64,000 bases of DNA from Ptychomitrium polyphyllum (lineage: Eukaryota): contig OZ316775.1 in the NCBI GenBank assembly GCA_973851085.1, positions 5,642,001-5,706,000 on the forward strand, written 5' to 3'. Below the pieces are notes generated by a model. The model saw nothing but the letters and a program-made list of their open reading frames with translations. It had not been told where the DNA came from and did not search any database. Positions 59,379-64,000 of the stretch are shown piece by piece (the stretch's first letter is position 1; each line of letters begins with the position of its first letter). A program made the position numbers and the translations under genes.

Positions 59379-62300
59379 CTATGGTAGCAGTAGACATTAT
59401 TCATAAAGAATGTGGCAGGCTCTTCATCCGTAATTGACTTCTTGCAAGGTACAAAATGTGCTATTTTGGTCAATCAATCTACCACAACAAAGATGGTATC
59501 AAAAGAATTTGACGATGGAAGATCTGTAATGAAATCCATTGAAATAGATGACCACGGTTGCCTAGAAATAGATACTGGTTGAAGAATTTTATATGGAAGG
59601 TGTCAAGGGTTTTTCAATCTAGAATAGGTATCACACAAGAGTACAAATTCCTTAACGGCCTTCCACATTTGAGGCCACCAACAGTCTCAAGAGAGGAGTA
59701 CCAAGATTATGTTGAATCCAAAATGTCCAGTTGCAGGAAAGTCATGACGTGTTTGAAGTACACAAAGGCAAACTAGTCCTTTAAGAATATATAGACGTCC
59801 TTCAAAATAGAGAAGGTTGTTCTAAAATCAGAACTTAGATACATCTTCAAGGAGATTGTTGGAACAATGCTTGATATCAAGAATAAGAGGGTCTTTGGTA
59901 GATGCTACAAGCACCTTGTCAAAGAATAATGAATCCACTAGAGTTGAAATGGTAGTTGAGTATATATAAAATTATTCGAGTTTCAACAAAGTTGCTCGTT
60001 GTTGATTATGTGCTGCTTTTCCCTCCTTTGGCATAAGATATGATTGCCTTAACAAAGCATCTGATAATCCTTGCTGGTTTTTGAGTCAATATGTATTACA
60101 AAAATCAAATCGAAATAGAAACATACTCCAACATGCTTGGCGGTGATTCAAAACACAAGCTAACATGAAATATTCCAAGTTCTTATAATCTGTATATACA
60201 ATAACTGGATGCACGGCACCCTCGAGCAAGTGACCCCATTTTTGGAAGGAATCCACAATTGCAAGGAGTTCCTTATCATGGATCTTATAGTTGATTTCTG
60301 CAGCTGAAAACTTTCTGGAATGAAATGCAATTGGATGGAGTCTTCATTCTACTCCCGTTTATAACAAACTGCTCCTTGTGCAAAGTTAGGAGCATCTGTC
60401 TCAAGATAAAATTGCTTCAAAAAGTCCTGATGGACTAGAATAAGAGCTGTGGTAAATGCTTGCTTAGAACTTTGGAATGCATTCTTAACATTGGATCTCC
60501 ACTCAAGTTTTTCCTTGCATATTAGTTGTGTGAGTGGAATAGCTATTTGAAAATAGTCCTTGATGAAGATCCTATAAAAGTTTGCAAATTCAAGAAAGCA
60601 TTGGACAGCACGTACCAATTTTGGCCTCGTCCAATCACTAATTGCTTTGACCTTCTTTGGATCCATTAATAGTCCTTTGTTGGAGATGATATAACCAAGG
60701 AATTCCACTTGAAATTTGTAGAATACACATTTTTCCAACTTGGCATACAAACCAGCATCTCATAGCTTTGTAGGATTATGCGGACATGTCATTCATGTTC
60801 CTCTGGATCCTTTGAATAGATCAAGATATCATCCAGATATCATACGACAAAATCATTGGGGCATTTTCAAAATATATCATTCATCAAGTGCTGAAAAATA
60901 GCGGGTGCGTTGGTAAATCCAAAAGGCATGACATTGTATTCAAAATTTCCATACCTTGTTTGAAAAGCCGTCTTTTATTTGTCTTTTTTTTTTATGTATA
61001 TCAAATTGTATACTCCTCGTAGGTCTATTTTGGTATAGATCTTTGCTTGGCTGAGTTAATCAAGAAGCTCAGATATCAGCGGCAATGGATATTGGTTCTT
61101 CACTGTCATTTTATTGAGACCGTGGTAATCAACATACATTTGTAAGGATCCATCTTTCTTCTTTACAAAAAGTATCAGAGCACCAACATGAAACTTTGAA
61201 TGTTGTATAAAGTTCTTGGCTAAGTTTTCATCAATATCTCCTTTTAGTGATGAAAGCTTATTTTGAAATAAATTATAGAAAGGTCCAAATGGTAGCTGGG
61301 CACCGTTTTGGAGGTTTATGGCACAGTCGTAAGGACAATATTTTGGTAGGGTATCTTTGGACGTTGGAATTGCATACACAATAAAATAAGTACTAGTCTT
61401 TGCTGCTCTCATAAATGCTCTAGCTCTAATGAAGAGAAGCTTTATAGTTTTATATTTATAAGATGCTTCAGCTTCCTTTGTAGGCTTAGTAGTTACAGGT
61501 TCTCATGATAGAAATTTTATTTTGCGAGATGCCAAATCTATTTGCAGGTTGTACTTTTCAAACCAAAAAAGCCTTAGAATGATGGAACTTGACGGAGACC
61601 TAATGACATTAAATATCACTTGACTACTATGGTTGTCCAATGTTACTGTTAATGGATTGGTCTCATGAATAACGTCTTTGGAAGATAATGGTCGACCATC
61701 TATAACTTCTATAAGGACGGGTTTGGGTTTTCTACTAAAAGAAAATTTATGGATTTTAATAAATTCTTTGTCAATAAAGCAAGCAGAGGCTCCTAAATCT
61801 ATTAGAGCAAGGTTTTTTAGCTTCTAAACACCTAAACAAACTGGTATAGTAAAACAAGAGGAAAGATGAACTGATAGAACAAGACCTTTGTTTTTTTGCA
61901 AAGGAAGCAGATCCAGCTGCACAATCCCTATTGTGGTTGGATGTCCTTGTTTTCCTGCAAAGCATTTGGCATAGTGGTTGTACCTTTCATCCAATATGTA
62001 CGTAGAGGTTTTTCTAAGTAGTTATCAAATTTGTGGCCAGATTTTCCATAATACAAACACAACCCTTGCTTCTTTCGTCTTTTTTTTTCATGTTTGATAA
62101 GGGGCTTGAAGCAAACCACATCAATCTCCATGGCTTCCGCTCCCAAATACTTATTAGATGTAAACGAGGCCAAAGCTACTGAAAAGTTGGTATAAAACCA
62201 AGGCATAATCAAAGTCTATTTATCTTGTCGATGTTGAACTAAACAATTATTGCACTTCAAAGCTTAGCTTATGGCCTCATCAAGTATTTGGGAGTCTGGC

Positions 62301-63029
62301 ATGGATAGTAATAAATCCTTAACCTCATCGCATACCTTTCAATGAAATTGACTCATTAGTGCTTCTTCTCTCTAATTGATGTCACATGTAAGTTGTCAAA
62401 ATTCCAATGCATAAATTGACATTGAATGTGGCCCTTGGTGCAAGGCACGGATTTTAGTAGTTGCAGAACAAAACTTTTCATGGTCATCAAATGCTTCACC
62501 AAACGTGGCTAAGAACGCATCAAAGTTGCTAAGTATGGAGGAATTCTTTTCAAAAAGTAGTGCAAACTAAGACAATGCTTGTCTTGAGAGCAACGTTCCT
62601 ACCAAACTAATACGCGAAGCGTTCGTAGGATATTGTCAAGGTTGAAGCAAGGTAAGAAGTTGAACTTGGTTTACAAAGCCTTGAAATTTTGAACGCTTAC
62701 CATCAAACTTCTCCGGAAGGCTGATTCTTGGTTCTTTGGTTGTTGGCATTGAATTCCTAACTTGAACTTGTTCGTCATCTACCAAATTAGGTTTAGATGA
62801 TGAAGCACCTAAGTTAACTTGGGATAGCAACTGTGGTATTTTTGCTCCTTGACCATTGTGTATGATTAAATACAATACTTCGTTTTGCTTGGATAAAGTC
62901 TTGGTGTTGATCCTCAATGCTTCAAGGGCATTAATAATGGAATCTAACTTCATTTCTTTTGAATTAGTCTTAATAACTTCTTCACCCCTTGGCATAGTAA
63001 TGAAGTGGGAATAGATAAAACCTGCTAAC

Positions 63030-63507
63030 TGTCACGGACATAGATCATACAACATAGTCCTTAGAATATTCTAGAACCTTCTAGTATACTATAATAGCTT
63101 CTTAGAATACTTTTAGATGTCTCCATAGTCTTTTCTATGTTCTTAAGAAGCTTCCTAGGAAAGTCCCTCCACCTTAGGAAACTTCCAAAGAAGGTTCTAA
63201 TTCCTTAGAAGCTTCTTAGGAAGGTTCCAACATCTTAGGAAACTTCTTAGGAAGGTTCCCTAGACTTCTAGAACATTCTTAAGCCTTATAGGAAGCTTCT
63301 TTAGAAGTATCCTAGGAGATACAACGTCATAGTATAAATAGGAGGTAAGACAAGGTATTCCTTAGTCTTGCCAACACAAGTTGTGGATCATCTTGAATCC
63401 TGCCTTGTTCTAGTCTTTGTATCAAGTTCTTGTTAATCATTAGCTCTTTGGAAGCTAATTCTTGGGAAACACTTCGTTTCTGCTTCTTGTTTCTTGTGTC
63501 CCTAACA
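63030..63507 (+). mobile_element. Solo LTR, 478 bp
   Basis: TGT...ACA ends, perfect TSD CTAAC (63025-63029 and 63508-63512), TATAAATAGG box and internal ~30-bp repeats. Confidence 0.92.
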
Positions 63508-64000
63508 CTAACTACGCAAGAAACCAAAGAAAATTCAAGAAGAAATATCAGTCCAGAAGAGGATAATCTACAACCTCTAGAATGCTATAGTGTTTTCAAG
63601 AAAGAGAGGTGATCTGCTTTCTATCTCATGAGACCAAGCTCTGATATTGTTGTATGACAGTCTCAACAAATTGTTATGGATAAAGTAACCATAAGATAGG
63701 GCTTCAGGATTTAGGGTGTGGAACAAAATAAGTCCAAGTATATTAGAGGTATAGAGCTACAACAAGGTACAAAAGGCAAGGCCAAAAGGTCTTAACTAGA
63801 CCACAAGACATGCGTTGTTGAGACTGAAGATCCCTTCAGCCTTTACTCCTATATATATTAGAACTACAAGCCTTGGAAGCTTCTTGAAAAGCTTCACCTA
63901 CATTGCTTCGTACTCAAGCAACCTTGAGTTGCTTCATTGGAAGTTTCTTAGGCCAAAGTAACTTCCTTGAAAGCTTCCTCAACCAAGGCAACTTCCTTAG

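Larger units (their letters stand above)
55813..64000 (-). mobile_element. Degenerate Ty3/gypsy chromovirus: 3' LTR 55813-56311, 5' LTR from 63672 running off the window; gag-PR-RT-RH-INT-chromodomain
   Basis: The two LTRs are collinear (GGAACAAAATAAGTCCAAGTATATTAGAGGTATAGAGCTACAACAAGGTAC in both). PPT AGAAGGGGAGGTGA abuts the 3' LTR. Gag EPRISLPEKFDG and CLYYGKSGH; RT KKKDGSLQMYVDY and YLDDILIYS; RH LETDAPNFA; INT DRGPQF; chromodomain FEVEEVLESR..EYLVYWHGY..EPTNNL. Confidence 0.93.

Overview
Eukaryotic, intron-rich land-plant DNA. Gene style, LTR families and a flagellar-type tubulin suggest a moss such as Physcomitrium (inferred, not verified). Six protein genes can be built with consistent splice phases: an OPR/old-yellow-enzyme (+), a single-exon TPR protein (-), a 14-exon purple acid phosphatase (-), a divergent beta-tubulin (+), a chalcone-isomerase-fold FAP3-like protein (+) and a UBC4/5-class E2 (+). 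Two transposon-rich blocks (about 29-40.5 kb and 49.8-64 kb) contain decayed Ty3/gypsy elements, solo LTRs with target-site duplications, a 22-26 bp minisatellite and AT-rich unclassified DNA. The most unusual features are: (1) a ~6.5 kb near-perfect palindrome made from a dead gypsy element (2,908 bp arms), with a small hairpin at its inner junction and a chimeric LTR at its outer junction, although an N-gap in the spacer means misassembly must be excluded; (2) a beta-tubulin with the axonemal EGEF tail motif and a GC-AG intron; (3) a ~360 nt fold-back and a 14-nt catalytic microexon in the phosphatase gene; (4) a phase-compatible spliced reading frame downstream of the OPR stop codon. No tRNA, rRNA or CRISPR array was found.
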